A stretch of 64,000 bases of DNA from Alphaproteobacteria bacterium (GTDB lineage: Bacteria > Pseudomonadota > Alphaproteobacteria > Bin95). The translations under genes were made by a program, and so were the position numbers. The notes under the pieces were generated by a model. That model was not told where the DNA came from. It saw only the letters and a list, made by a program, of their open reading frames with translations, and searched no databases. This document shows positions 20,501 to 29,599 of this stretch, piece after piece. Position 1 is the stretch's first letter. Every line of letters starts with the position of its first letter. The DNA lies in the NCBI GenBank assembly GCA_965205265.1, contig CBDBGH010000003.1, positions 4,352,001 through 4,416,000 of the forward strand. Direction: 5' to 3'.

Positions 20501-21653
20501 GCACGACGATGCAATGACAGCGCCGATACAGGCCCCCGAGCTCCGCTTCGACTTGGTCACGGTGAACGATGGCTATGCGCGGCGCCGCATCGGATCGTCG
20601 AAACCGGCGGACGGCTTCGGCCGTGTCGAATACGAGCCCGCGGGCAGCCGGCTCCTCCGTCCCGGAAGTCGCCTCCCGGACAAGATGACAGGCAAAGGCA
20701 AGTGCGTCGCCAGGAGAGTCTGCCGCGACGACGAAAGGCCTCTCCGGTGGCGAAGCCAGCCAGCGTCGAAAGTCCTCGATCGAGCCATGGGCCACCGAAA
20801 ACAGCCCCGACGTCAGTGCCGGCTTACAGGCGTCGGCCCAGTCCGACCAACCCATGTCGGGCGAACGATAATCGCTCATCGGGTTGCCGAGCCGCTCGGC
20901 GAACCAGATCTGCGTCTCCGCCGATTGCTCAAGCCACTGTTCGAGATCGCTCGCGTCATAGGCGCGAACATCTCCCCATTCCTTCAGGGTCGCTTTTTCG
21001 GTCGCCCATTTCTCCTTTCCCCGCCAATCGTGTGGTGTGACGAAAACGAAGGTCGTGTCGCGCCGCTCGTCGGAGGGTACGGTCCTGACGCGTTGCGCGT
21101 AGTCGCTATTCGCCTTGGACACCGGCCTTGCGTCGCAGCCGAACTCCCAGAGAGATCGACCTGCAGGTATCCAGGCGCTCGGTATCGTCGTTTCGACCTG
21201 TCCGTCCGGACCGGGTCTCTGGGCATTGTCAAAGGCGGGAAAATCGGCACGGGTAAGCCCGACCCCGGTCGCCCGGACAAGCCGTCGCAACAGTGCCGGC
21301 AACTCTTCGCGGGCTCGCGTTCCATCGGCCCACTCGCTGATTTGACTTGCCTTGATTTCAACCAGGGTCGGCGCATTCCGCTCGGCAACGACGAGCGCGC
21401 GTAGCGCCTCCTGCCGGCGGTCGTGCTGAGCCTGAAGATTCAGCAGGTGTTCCCTGTCTGCCTCGAAGACCTGCTCCAGCCTTCGCGCCATGTCCTGCGA
21501 CAGGGACGCCTTGCCGCTCAGGAAGGTGGACAATGCCGGTCGCCCGATCCCGAGCAAGGCGGCGGCCTTCGTGACGGTCATGTCCTTCAATACATGCTGC
21601 CTGACATATGGACCGGGATGCAGTGGCTCGCCCGGTTGATTGCTCTTGGCCAT
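17577..21653 (-). CDS. HigA/XRE-HTH fused to a nuclease-like domain and long helical region (1358 aa); putative defence protein
   Basis: GGAGG RBS; HPGPYVR..TVTKAAALLGIGRPALS..SLSQDMARRLE (HigA); then GPDG..WEFG..KANSDY..FVFVTP; long Leu/Trp-rich helical C-terminus. Confidence 0.8.
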   Translation of the reverse strand: MAKSNQPGEPLHPGPYVRQHVLKDMTVTKAAALLGIGRPALSTFLSGKASLSQDMARRLEQVFEADREHLLNLQAQHDRRQEALRALVVAERNAPTLVEIKASQISEWADGTRAREELPALLRRLVRATGVGLTRADFPAFDNAQRPGPDGQVETTIPSAWIPAGRSLWEFGCDARPVSKANSDYAQRVRTVPSDERRDTTFVFVTPHDWRGKEKWATEKATLKEWGDVRAYDASDLEQWLEQSAETQIWFAERLGNPMSDYRSPDMGWSDWADACKPALTSGLFSVAHGSIEDFRRWLASPPERPFVVAADSPGDALAFACHLVREATSGTEEPAARGLVFDTAEAVRRFRRSDAAPRIAIVHRDQVEAELGGLYRRCHCIVVRPGNDVDRQPDIRLGLPGWQEFSEALDAMGLSRDDIDRLARESGRSPAVLRRRLSEIPGVRAPDWAKDPSIAGKLLPAALLGAWRRDSAADCEVVRALARTDDDGEVEIHVAELLNLPDSPLWSTGSHRGVVSQIDALFGIAGFVTGPDLDNFFSAAQRVLSEPDPALDLPEGERWTAALHGKTRNHSSALRKGICEALTLLSLHGGNLFRDRPDMNIADRVSSLIRELLTPLTTDRLLLHLDDLPAYAEAAPDTFLQLIETDLRQSEPAVFGLLKPIEGGPFGPGQQRSGLLWALECLGWQHLGRVSKILARLAEFPIDDNWVNRPIASLEALYRSWLPQTSAPLDERMRSLQMLVNCCPNVGWRVCVAQLKTGPQFASPSYRPYWRGDASGAGHGVTRGEFDRFRREALGLVLSWPNHDQGTLGELVELFHDFGDEERDRVWTLIEEWAVCETDDKARAAVRERIRQHALTRRSRRSGVSEEALDRARAAYELLEPRDPVVRHRWLFSGSWIEPSADENDENLDYEAYHQRIGRLRDEAMKEIWQERGFEGVMALLADCGAPSIIGGYLEPHIANAGAQVDFLGGCLSVTGPLQETVEWCVRGFLGSVDDDARGALLASTAEGSDPDRVARLYSMAPVRSHTWRLLNEYGEDVGEHYWRQVQPEWHHRTDAELTELVDRLLDVQRPRPAFFAAHLDWSKIGTTQLKRLLYEIGTVNAESDHRHVPAAHDISNAFEELDRRSDIDRDEMVGLEFMYLPVLEHSRHGLPNLERRIAESPIDFVQLLAIVFKRDDDGQDPPDWQIGNPEMRGEFAKRAYGLLQRTESIPGIGKDGAVDAEALRRWVAETRQLCTKYGRAKLGDDFIGRLLSGAPGGEDGIVPSPAVSAVLEEIGSEDVRLGFAVGVFNGRGVTTRAVGEGGVQERNLAQQYLEWASRRAPDFPFVGSILEHIASDYDRWARREDEEVQIERRLRH

Positions 21654-21902
21654 GGTTCGGCCTCCTGCGTCTTGTTTCGTCCAACATAGCGTTGCCTGTC
21701 GCGCAATACAAGACAAAAACACAATCTGCTGTTGTATGGTTCATCAAGGCCAGGAGCGTGGCGCTACCTTCGGCGACTAAGCTGCATGTGCCGGGACTGG
21801 AAAGAGTGCGTGACGCCGTCCGTAGAATGGTGGAAACAAAGCAAAGCCGGGGGGCCACCGCGCTTGAGCGTACGACCAAGGGGAAGACGGCGACGCCCGC
21901 GA

Positions 21903-22352
21903 TCAGCCGAGCAGCTGCGGCGCGTTCTCCATCCACCTGCGGAACTGCCGTTCGATCACCGGCGCATGGTCGGCGCCGAATGCCTCCGCCAGCAGCGGCC
22001 CGAGCTCGTCCTGCCGGCCCTGCCGGACCATGTCGCGCAGCACCGTCATGAGCAGCAGCTCCACCGATTGCCGGAGCCGTTCGATGGAATTCCCGCGCGG
22101 ACCGGCCGCCGCCAGCGCGTTTTCCGCCATGCGGGCAACCCGGTCGAACAGAAGCCGCTGCTCCGCCTCGGAAAGAACAAGAGCTGGCCCGGACAACGCC
22201 TTCGGGTCGAGTTCGACGGTCAGCCCCGCCGAAATCATGTGTTCGTTGATCGAGACGCCGCGCCGCTCCGCAATCTCCCGGCTTCGCTCCCAGTCCAGGT
22301 CGGAGCATGAGATGGTCAGCCGTACCCGCTCCCCCGAACCGCGCGCCCTCAT
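21903..22352 (-). CDS. Ribbon-helix-helix / MobC-like protein 3
   Basis: RLTISCSDLDWERSREIAERRGVSINEH; ATGA-coupled to the upstream gene. Confidence 0.7.
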   Translation of the reverse strand: MRARGSGERVRLTISCSDLDWERSREIAERRGVSINEHMISAGLTVELDPKALSGPALVLSEAEQRLLFDRVARMAENALAAAGPRGNSIERLRQSVELLLMTVLRDMVRQGRQDELGPLLAEAFGADHAPVIERQFRRWMENAPQLLG

Positions 22353-22678
22353 CGGTCCGTCCCGTCCGAACGGCGCTCCCAAAGCTCGCGCTGGATAAAC
22401 GCGATCGCGCCGAACAGCGAAAGGTCCGTGCCGGGAAGTGCCTCGTGCAAGGCACGATGGACGGCGTCCATCCGCGCTACCCGGTCATGCAATACCCGCT
22501 GTTCCTCCTCCGAGAGCACGAGCCGGGCTTTCTCGCGAGGCGGGGTGTCCGCATCCTCGTGCAGCGCGCAGGCTATCAGGAAGTGGGAAACCGGCATGCC
22601 CGCCTCCTCGGCCCTCTCCCTGATCGCAGCCTTCTCGACCGGTGTGCAGCGCAGGGTGCGGCGAACCAGCCTTGCCAT
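22349..22678 (-). CDS. Ribbon-helix-helix / MobC-like protein 2
   Basis: RTLRCTPVEKAAIRERAEEAGMPVSHFLIACAL. Confidence 0.78.
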   Translation of the reverse strand: MARLVRRTLRCTPVEKAAIRERAEEAGMPVSHFLIACALHEDADTPPREKARLVLSEEEQRVLHDRVARMDAVHRALHEALPGTDLSLFGAIAFIQRELWERRSDGTDR

Positions 22679-22685
22679 GGCCGCC

Positions 22686-23069
22686 TCAGGGCTGCGGCGC
22701 GGGGCCGCCCTCCGGATCGGCGCTGCCGGAAACCGCCTGCCAGCGCGCCGCTGCGCCGGGATCGGTCAGGCGGTCAAGGTCCCCCTCCCGGGTAAGCCAG
22801 GCATCGACGGCATCGCCGATAGCGGCCCAGCGGTCCCCCAGGTCGAGATCCTCCATGCGCTCCTGCTCTATCTTCGCCAGCACAAGCAGTTCGCGCACAG
22901 CGCGCCGCATGACGACGGCCGGCACGACCTCCGCCATGGTGGCCCGGTGAACGATGTAGCGCGAGATTTCCATGCCCGCCTCGTCGGCAAGCTCCCTGAT
23001 GCGCGCCCACTCGTTCGCCGTCGCCATCACCGCATGCTGGGTACGGCGGCCCCCCGGAGACCGGCTCAC
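22686..23069 (-). CDS. Ribbon-helix-helix / MobC-like protein 1
   Basis: GTG start after GGAGG; VMATANEWARIRELADEAGMEISRYIV. Confidence 0.7.
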   Translation of the reverse strand: MSRSPGGRRTQHAVMATANEWARIRELADEAGMEISRYIVHRATMAEVVPAVVMRRAVRELLVLAKIEQERMEDLDLGDRWAAIGDAVDAWLTREGDLDRLTDPGAAARWQAVSGSADPEGGPAPQP

Positions 23070-23351
23070 GACGACGCCTCCGCAACCGCCGTAGCCGTCG
23101 CCATTCCGATTTCTGCCGGCAAGTACCCTTGTATTTCTCCTGTATTGATTATCATATCTTCTCTCTCCCAAGTTGATTCGGTGCATCATCGCGATGGCCC
23201 TGACTACCTTCGAATCAGAGCAGCAATCATGCATCAAATTACCCTCTTTGCCTCCCCACGACAACGCATTATCGCTATTTCAGTTCCCCAAGTGCAATTG
23301 CCGCCTCCAAGACCTTCCATGTAGGTCATCATGATTGTGTGCCATTGCCTC

Positions 23352-23380
23352 TTGCCAATCCTGAAAATATGTTGTATTCA
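23352..23380 (+). promoter_or_regulatory. Putative sigma70 promoter facing out of the island
   Basis: TTGCCA-17 nt-TATTCA in an AT-rich tract. Confidence 0.4.
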
Positions 23381-23433
23381 AGCTTCCTTCATGGGAGGAA
23401 TGAGACTCTCTGTCAGATAGTGCCCTACAGGCA

Positions 23434-23453
23434 TAAATCTCATTTGAGATTTA
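23434..23453. repeat. Palindrome TAAATCTCA-TT-TGAGATTTA at the island boundary
   Basis: Perfect 9-bp IR overlapping the cbiD stop, at an abrupt AT-to-GC transition. Confidence 0.7.
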
Positions 23454-24483
23454 CACCGGCCTCGCCGATCACCCGGCCGCGGCGGTCGATCACGCGGACA
23501 TCGACGTCGGTGCCGCCGGCGAGCGCGGCGAGCGCGGTTTCGCGCGCCTGTTCGGCGATGCGCCGGGCGAGCGGCAGGTCTCCGGCGAGCGCCAGCACCG
23601 CGCCGGCGCTGTGGGCGCCGCTCGCGTCCGGGCCTCCGAGCGCCTCAAGTTCGGCGGCCAGGCGGGCAATGTCCACGGGCGCGCGGTCGGAATGCAGGTC
23701 CAGATGCCCCGCGGCGAGCTTGGAGAGCTTGCCGAAGCCGCCTGCGAGGCTGAGCCGCGCCACCGGCCGCCGGCGGAGATATTTGAGCAGCGCACCCGCG
23801 AAGTCGCCCATGTCGATCATGCCGTGGTCCGGCAGGCCGATCAGCGCCTGCAAGGCCGCTTCCGAGCCCCGCCCGGTCGCCGCACCGACATGGTCGAGAC
23901 CGGCGGCGCGCGCCACGTCCACGCCGCGATGCACCGCATGGATCCAGGCCGCGCAGGAATAGGGGATGACGACTCCCGTCGTGCCGAGCACGGAGAGCCC
24001 GCCGGCAATGCCGAGCCGGGCATTGGCTGTCTTGTGCGCCAGCGCCTCGCCGTCCTCTATGCCGATTTCGGCCTCGAAGTCCGCCCCGAGCCCGTATTCG
24101 TCCGCGACGGCGCGGAGATTGGCGGCGATGATGGCGCGCGGCCCCGGGTTGATCGCGGGCTCGCCGACCGCGAGCGGCAGGCCCGGCAGGGTGACGGTGC
24201 CGACGCCGGGTCCCGCGCGGAAATGCACGCCCGAGCCGGGCGAGGCGGGATGCAGGCGGGCGCGCACGATGGCGCCGTGGGTCGCATCCGGGTCGTCGCC
24301 GGCATCCTTCCTCACACCGACCCAATCCCCGGTTTCGGCAAGCGGGAAGGAGGCTTTCAGGCCGCGCGGCAGGTCTATCGCGACCGGGTCCGGCAGCCGC
24401 CCCGTGAGCAGGCGTTCGCAAGCGGCCCGCGCCGCCGCCGCCGCGCAGGCGCCTGTCGTCCAGCCCCGCCGAAGCTCCGCCAT
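23440..24483 (-). CDS. cbiD: Cobalt-precorrin-5B C1-methyltransferase
   Basis: LRRGWTTGACAAAA, KDAGDDPDATHG, GEPAINPGPR, GGLSVLGTTG. Confidence 0.95.
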   Translation of the reverse strand: MAELRRGWTTGACAAAAARAACERLLTGRLPDPVAIDLPRGLKASFPLAETGDWVGVRKDAGDDPDATHGAIVRARLHPASPGSGVHFRAGPGVGTVTLPGLPLAVGEPAINPGPRAIIAANLRAVADEYGLGADFEAEIGIEDGEALAHKTANARLGIAGGLSVLGTTGVVIPYSCAAWIHAVHRGVDVARAAGLDHVGAATGRGSEAALQALIGLPDHGMIDMGDFAGALLKYLRRRPVARLSLAGGFGKLSKLAAGHLDLHSDRAPVDIARLAAELEALGGPDASGAHSAGAVLALAGDLPLARRIAEQARETALAALAGGTDVDVRVIDRRGRVIGEAGVNLK

Positions 24484-24517
24484 GGCGGGAGTTTAACCCG
24501 GATTTCGCCGTTTATCT

Positions 24518-24636
24518 GCCCGGCTCGTTGTCCCGGCGAAGAGCGCCGTATCCCGGCCTCAGGATCGGCTTCCGATCCGTCTCCTCACCGGGATTGACCG
24601 ACGGCCGGGCCGCCTCCGAGCGGCCCGCTTTCTTTT
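24518..24636 (+). ncRNA. Candidate structured leader/sRNA ending in an intrinsic terminator
   Basis: Nested stems ATCCCGG/CCGGGAT, GGATCGG/CCGATCC, GCCGT/ACGGC; family unassigned. Confidence 0.45.
24606..24636 (+). terminator. Rho-independent terminator
   Basis: CGGGCCGC-6 nt-GCGGCCCG followed by CTTTCTTTT. Confidence 0.7.
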
Positions 24637-24780
24637 GTGCGCCCATTACGCCGAGAGGGCCCTTGCGCGCGGAGGCGGTGGCATGCCAGAACCGGCTGCG
24701 ACCCTCTGGCCTGCCGGCTGCGTCTCGACCGGCGCGGCGGCACGGCCTATGTCTGGCGGCCCGCTGTCCGGAAAGGCCGC

Positions 24781-25335
24781 ATGCTCGCCCGTTTCCAGGC
24801 CCTGCCGCCCATCGCCCGGGGCATGTCCCCGATGGTCGCCACCACGATCTGCTTCACGGCGATGCACAACATGGCGCGCATGATGGGCGAGGCGCTGCCG
24901 CCCTTCGAGGTTGCCTTCTTCCGCAACCTGTTCGGTCTGCTGGCGCTCGTGCCCGTCTTCCTGTGCCACGGGGGCTGGATCCTGCTGATCGTCGCCGCCT
25001 CGGTCGCCCGGGGCCTGACGATTACCCTCGCGCCGGCGCTGTTCGTGTGGGAGTGGCCGGAGCCTGCGCACTATCCCTGGCTTGCAGCCATCGGCATCTT
25101 CGGCACCCTCGGCCACATCGCCTTCGCGCAGGCCGTCAAGCTCGCCGATTCGACGGCGGTGCTGCCGCTCGACTTCCTGCGGCTCATCTGGGCAAGCCCC
25201 GCCGGTTTCTTCCTGTTCGCGGAGGCGCCCGACGCGCTCGCCTGGCTCGGCGGCGCGGTTATTTTCGGCTCCGCCACCTATATCGCGATCCGCGAAAGCC
25301 GGCTGGTCCGGACCGCTTCCACCGACACGCGGTGA
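24781..25335 (+). pseudogene. Internally deleted duplicate of the EamA/DMT transporter
   Basis: N- and C-terminal blocks closely match 25342-26250 but ~120 central residues are missing; still in frame. Confidence 0.75.
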
Positions 25336-25341
25336 AACCCG

Positions 25342-26250
25342 ATGCTCGCGCGCTTCCAGGCCTTGCCGCCCACCGTCCAGGGCATGTCGCTGATGGTCGC
25401 CACGACGCTCTGCTTCACGGCGATGCAGACAATGGTGCGGATGATGGGCGAGGTGCTCCCGCCCTTCGAGGTCGCCTTCTTCCGCAACCTGTTCGGCCTG
25501 CTGGCGCTCGCGCCGATCTTCCTTCGCCACGGCGCCGCGCCGCTGCGCACGGGGAAGCTGCACCTCCATGCGCTCAGAGGCGCGGTGCAGGCGGGCGGGA
25601 TGCTGGCCTTCTTCACCGGGGTCACGATGATCCCGCTCGCCGAGGTCACGGCGCTGTCCTTCTCCGCGCCGCTGTTCGGCAGCCTGCTGGCGGTGGTCCT
25701 GCTGGGCGAGGTCATCCGGGCGCGCCGCATCACGGCGCTGATCGCAGGCTTCGCCGGCGTGCTGCTGGTGCTGCGGCCGGGCTTTGCGGAGATCAGCACG
25801 GGCGCGCTGCTGATCGTTACCTCCTCGCTCACCTGGGGCATGGCGATCACCCTCATCAAGGTGCTGGCAAAGACCGAATCGAGCGTGACCCAGACCGTCT
25901 ATATGGGCCTCTTCCTCACCCCGATCACCTTCGTGCCGGCGCTGTTCGTGTGGGAGTGGCCGGCGCCGGAGCACTATCTCTGGTTCGCGGCCATCGGCAT
26001 TGTCGGCACGGTCGGCCACATCGCCTTCGCGCAGGCCGTCAAGCTCGCCGATTCGACGGCGGTGCTGCCGCTCGACTTCCTGCGGCTCATCTGGGCGAGC
26101 CTGGTCGGATTCTTCCTGTTCGCGGAGGTGCCGGACGCCCGGTCGTGGCTTGGCGGCGCGGTCATTTTCGGCTCCGCCACCTATATCGCCTTCCGCGAAA
26201 GCCGGCTGGCCCGGTCCAGGGCGGTTCGCGACGCTTCCACCGACACTTGA
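25342..26250 (+). CDS. EamA/DMT family transporter
   Basis: 302 aa, ~10 TM, FEVAFFRNLFG, PLAEVTALSFSAPLF, LPLDFLRLIWA. Confidence 0.92.
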   Translation: MLARFQALPPTVQGMSLMVATTLCFTAMQTMVRMMGEVLPPFEVAFFRNLFGLLALAPIFLRHGAAPLRTGKLHLHALRGAVQAGGMLAFFTGVTMIPLAEVTALSFSAPLFGSLLAVVLLGEVIRARRITALIAGFAGVLLVLRPGFAEISTGALLIVTSSLTWGMAITLIKVLAKTESSVTQTVYMGLFLTPITFVPALFVWEWPAPEHYLWFAAIGIVGTVGHIAFAQAVKLADSTAVLPLDFLRLIWASLVGFFLFAEVPDARSWLGGAVIFGSATYIAFRESRLARSRAVRDASTDT

Positions 26251-26275
26251 ACAAGCCGCCAAACAACCCTATAAT
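26247..26275 (+). promoter_or_regulatory. sigma70 promoter of ftsK-lolA
   Basis: TTGAAC-17 nt-TATAAT. Confidence 0.65.
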
Positions 26276-26306
26276 AACAACAAATTAGCACTTCGGAGTC
26301 ATTCCG

Positions 26307-28679
26307 ATGACCAGCGCAATCATGCGTTCCGAGCGGCCGATTCTGTTTCCGCCCCGGCTGCGCCGCGGCCTTCGGCGGCTGGGCCTGAGGGCGCTCGGAA
26401 GCGTGCAATTGGCGGCGGGACTGGCGCTGGCGCTGGCGCTGATCACTTACGACGCCTCCGATCCGTCGGCCAATGTCGCCTCGGGCGGCTCGACCTCAAA
26501 CGTGCTCGGCGGCGGCGGCGCCTGGATTGCGGACTGGCTGCTGCGCGGCTTCGGCGCCGCGGCCGCGGCCGCGGCCATCGCCCCGATCGCCTGGGGATGC
26601 CGGGGCCTCAAGCTGAAGCGGAACCGCCGCACCGCGCTCCGCCTGGGCGCGCTGGTCCTCGTGCTGTCCTGCCTTGCCATGGGCCTGGCGACGCTTCAGG
26701 GCATTGCGGACTGGCCGCTTCGCGAAGGCCCCGGGGGCGTCGTCGGAACCGTGCTGCTCCAGCATGCGGACCTGCTGGCCGGCGGTTCGGCATGGATCGC
26801 CAGCGCCGCGGCCCTGGCTCTGGGCATAGTGCTGGCGGCCTGGGCCTTCGGCTTCGACCTTGAGGACTGGGCCTGGGTCGGCGCCGGAGTGGTTGCCGCG
26901 GGGCGCGGGTTTCGCCGGCTGGCCCGCGCGGTGCCGGTGCCGTCGGTCAGTCTTCCCGGCCATGCGCGGCAGACGGAAGCACCGCAGCGCACCCGCCGCC
27001 GGGCCGCGCCGGTCCTGCGCCAGGCCGAAGTCGAGGAGGACGACCCGGTTCCTCCTCCGGAGGCGGAGGAGGTGCCGCCCGTGCCGCCGCCGCCCGCGCC
27101 TGAGCAGCCGGCGCCGCGGCGCCGGAAACGCGGGCCGGCGATCCAGCAGCGCAGCCTGCCGCTCGACGACGGCTACATGCCGCCGCCCGTCGAACTGCTG
27201 CAATTGCCGCCGCCCGACGCCGAGCGCGGCATGCCGGACGAAGAAACGCTGGAGCGCAACGCCGCCCTGCTGATGTCGGTGCTGGAGGATTTCGGCATAG
27301 GCGGCGAGGTCGTGGCGACGCGGCCCGGCCCGGTGGTGACGCTCTACGAGTTCGAGCCCCAGGCCGGAATCAAGTCTTCCCGCATCATCGGCCTTGCGGA
27401 CGATATCGCGCGCTACATGTCCGCGGTTTCGGTGCGCGTCGCGCTGGTTCCCGGCCGCACGGTGATCGGCATCGAGATGCCGAACCGCATCCGCCAGACG
27501 GTCTTCATGCGCGAGCTCATCGAGACCGACGCCTACGAACTCGCCAATGCCGACCTGCCGCTGATCCTCGGCAAGGATATCGGCGGGGCCCCGAGGATCG
27601 CCCAGCTGGAGCGGATGCCGCATCTGCTGATCGCCGGCACGACGGGTTCCGGCAAGTCGGTGGCGATCAACACCATGATCCTGTCCCTGCTCTACGGGCT
27701 GGCGCCGGAACGCTGCCGGCTCATCATGGTCGATCCGAAAATGCTGGAACTCTCCGTCTATGAGGGGATCCCGCACCTTTTGACCCCTGTCGTGACCGAT
27801 CCCAGGAAGGCCGTCACCGCGCTCAAATGGACCGTGCGCGAGATGGAGAACCGCTACCGGGCGATGTCCGCGCTCGGGGTGCGCAATATCGGCGGTTACA
27901 ATGCGCGCATCGCCGAGGCGCTCAGGCAGGGCGAGACCCTGACCCGCCGGATGCAGACCGGCTACGACCCGGAGACGGGCGCGCCGGAATTCGAAGACCA
28001 GCCGCTCGACATGCGCCCGCTGCCTTTCATCGTGGTGGTGATCGACGAACTCGCCGACCTGATGCTGGTCGCGCGCAACGACATCGAGACCGCGATCCAG
28101 CGCCTGGCCCAGATGGCGCGGGCCGCCGGCATCCATCTGCTGATGGCGACCCAGCGACCCTCCGTCGATGTCATCACCGGCACGATAAAGGCGAACTTCC
28201 CGACCCGGATCAGCTTCCAGGTCACCTCCAAGATCGACAGCCGCACCATTCTGGGCGAGGGCGGTGCGGAGCAGCTTCTCGGCCAGGGCGACATGCTGTT
28301 CATGGCCGGCGGCGGGCGCATCGCCCGCATCCACGGCCCCTTCGTCTCGGACGAGGAAGTCGAGGAGGTCGTCGCCCATCTGAAGGCGCAGGGCGCGCCG
28401 GACTATCTCGACGCGATTACCGAGGACGAGGATGTCGCCTCCGGGATTCCCGGTTTCGAGAAGGCCGAAGGCGAAACGGGCGAGGACGACCTGTACGACC
28501 GCGCCGTGGCCTTCGTGGCCCGGGAGCGCAAGGTTTCCGTCAGCCTCATCCAGCGCCATTTGCGCATCGGCTATAACCGGGCTGCGCGGATCGTGGAGGA
28601 GATGGAGGCCCAGGGCGTGGTCAGCGGACCCAACCACCAGAACAAGCGCGAGGTGCTGGTGGGCAGCCATGGCGACTGA
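26307..28679 (+). CDS. ftsK: DNA translocase FtsK
   Basis: N-terminal TMs, [38 protein letters not shown], gamma domain IGYNRAARI. Confidence 0.97.
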   Translation: MTSAIMRSERPILFPPRLRRGLRRLGLRALGSVQLAAGLALALALITYDASDPSANVASGGSTSNVLGGGGAWIADWLLRGFGAAAAAAAIAPIAWGCRGLKLKRNRRTALRLGALVLVLSCLAMGLATLQGIADWPLREGPGGVVGTVLLQHADLLAGGSAWIASAAALALGIVLAAWAFGFDLEDWAWVGAGVVAAGRGFRRLARAVPVPSVSLPGHARQTEAPQRTRRRAAPVLRQAEVEEDDPVPPPEAEEVPPVPPPPAPEQPAPRRRKRGPAIQQRSLPLDDGYMPPPVELLQLPPPDAERGMPDEETLERNAALLMSVLEDFGIGGEVVATRPGPVVTLYEFEPQAGIKSSRIIGLADDIARYMSAVSVRVALVPGRTVIGIEMPNRIRQTVFMRELIETDAYELANADLPLILGKDIGGAPRIAQLERMPHLLIAGTTGSGKSVAINTMILSLLYGLAPERCRLIMVDPKMLELSVYEGIPHLLTPVVTDPRKAVTALKWTVREMENRYRAMSALGVRNIGGYNARIAEALRQGETLTRRMQTGYDPETGAPEFEDQPLDMRPLPFIVVVIDELADLMLVARNDIETAIQRLAQMARAAGIHLLMATQRPSVDVITGTIKANFPTRISFQVTSKIDSRTILGEGGAEQLLGQGDMLFMAGGGRIARIHGPFVSDEEVEEVVAHLKAQGAPDYLDAITEDEDVASGIPGFEKAEGETGEDDLYDRAVAFVARERKVSVSLIQRHLRIGYNRAARIVEEMEAQGVVSGPNHQNKREVLVGSHGD

Positions 28680-29322
28680 CCGTCCCGGCCGCGCCGCCGC
28701 GGCGGCCCTGCTGTCTCTTGCGCTCGCCTGGCCGGCCGCAGCCGATAATGCCGCGCTCGACGACGGCGACCGCGCCGCCATCGCCCGCGCCGAGGCCTAT
28801 CTCAACAGCGTGACCACCCTGCAGGCGCGCTTCGTGCAGCTCGATGCGTCGGGCGACGCTGCCACCGGCAGGCTCCAGGTCAAGCGTCCGGGGCGGATGC
28901 GCTTCGAATACGACCCGCCGACGCCGATTCTGCTGGTGTCGCACGGTACGGAGCTGGTCTATTATGATCGCGACCTGAAGACGGCGACCCGCCTCGACTG
29001 GGAGGACACGCCCGCCTGGTTCCTGCTGGCGGACAGGGTGTCGCTGGCGCCGGGCGGCCCCTACCGGGTCGTGGATGTCCATCGCGCGCCCGGCCAGCTC
29101 GTCTTCACGGCCGTCGACGCCGATGCGCCGGAGGACGGACGGATCGCCGTCAGCTTCGCCGACCGGGACGGAGGGTTGAAACTGGCGGGGTGGGTCGCAG
29201 TGGACGCGCTCGGCCAGCCGACGCGGGTCACGCTCTTCAACCTGGCGGCGAACCTGCCGGTGGACGACAAGGCCTTCGAGTTCGATGAACCGGTCGGCGC
29301 CCTGGAGCGGCAGGACCCCTAG
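28669..29322 (+). CDS. lolA: Outer-membrane lipoprotein carrier LolA
   Basis: Signal peptide, [18 protein letters not shown]; follows ftsK. Confidence 0.9.
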   Translation: MATDRPGRAAAAALLSLALAWPAAADNAALDDGDRAAIARAEAYLNSVTTLQARFVQLDASGDAATGRLQVKRPGRMRFEYDPPTPILLVSHGTELVYYDRDLKTATRLDWEDTPAWFLLADRVSLAPGGPYRVVDVHRAPGQLVFTAVDADAPEDGRIAVSFADRDGGLKLAGWVAVDALGQPTRVTLFNLAANLPVDDKAFEFDEPVGALERQDP

Positions 29323-29387
29323 CGGTGGCGTATCCGGCGCCGGCCGCGCTATAGTGACCCGCTGACAGCCGGAAGGAACGGATCGGC

Positions 29388-29582
29388 ATGGCGTTGTCCG
29401 AGTCACTCGATCACACCGACGCTTGGCGCGAGCGAATCAAGGCGGATCTGGCCGCGCAGATCGAGGCAGGCGCGACGCTTTACGGGCGCCGCGCCGATGG
29501 CTGCTTCGTCGCCCGCAGCAAAAGCGGGGACGTGGTGCTGGCCCGGAAGGGTGAGCCGGTGCCGCCGCCCGAAGACGACTGA
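29388..29582 (+). CDS. Small protein, probable partner (antitoxin) of the downstream kinase
   Basis: 64 aa, immediately upstream of the zeta-like gene. Confidence 0.55.
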   Translation: MALSESLDHTDAWRERIKADLAAQIEAGATLYGRRADGCFVARSKSGDVVLARKGEPVPPPEDD

Positions 29583-29599
29583 AGCCGGGGACCGGAACC

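Noticed and set aside
23255-23272. ATGCGTTGTCGTGGGG (minus strand) as a MOBF nic site
   Set aside because: Only loose similarity to F/R388 nic regions and no adjacent IR identified
24484-24780. Cobalamin riboswitch upstream of cbiD
   Set aside because: No B12-box or core motifs found on the minus strand
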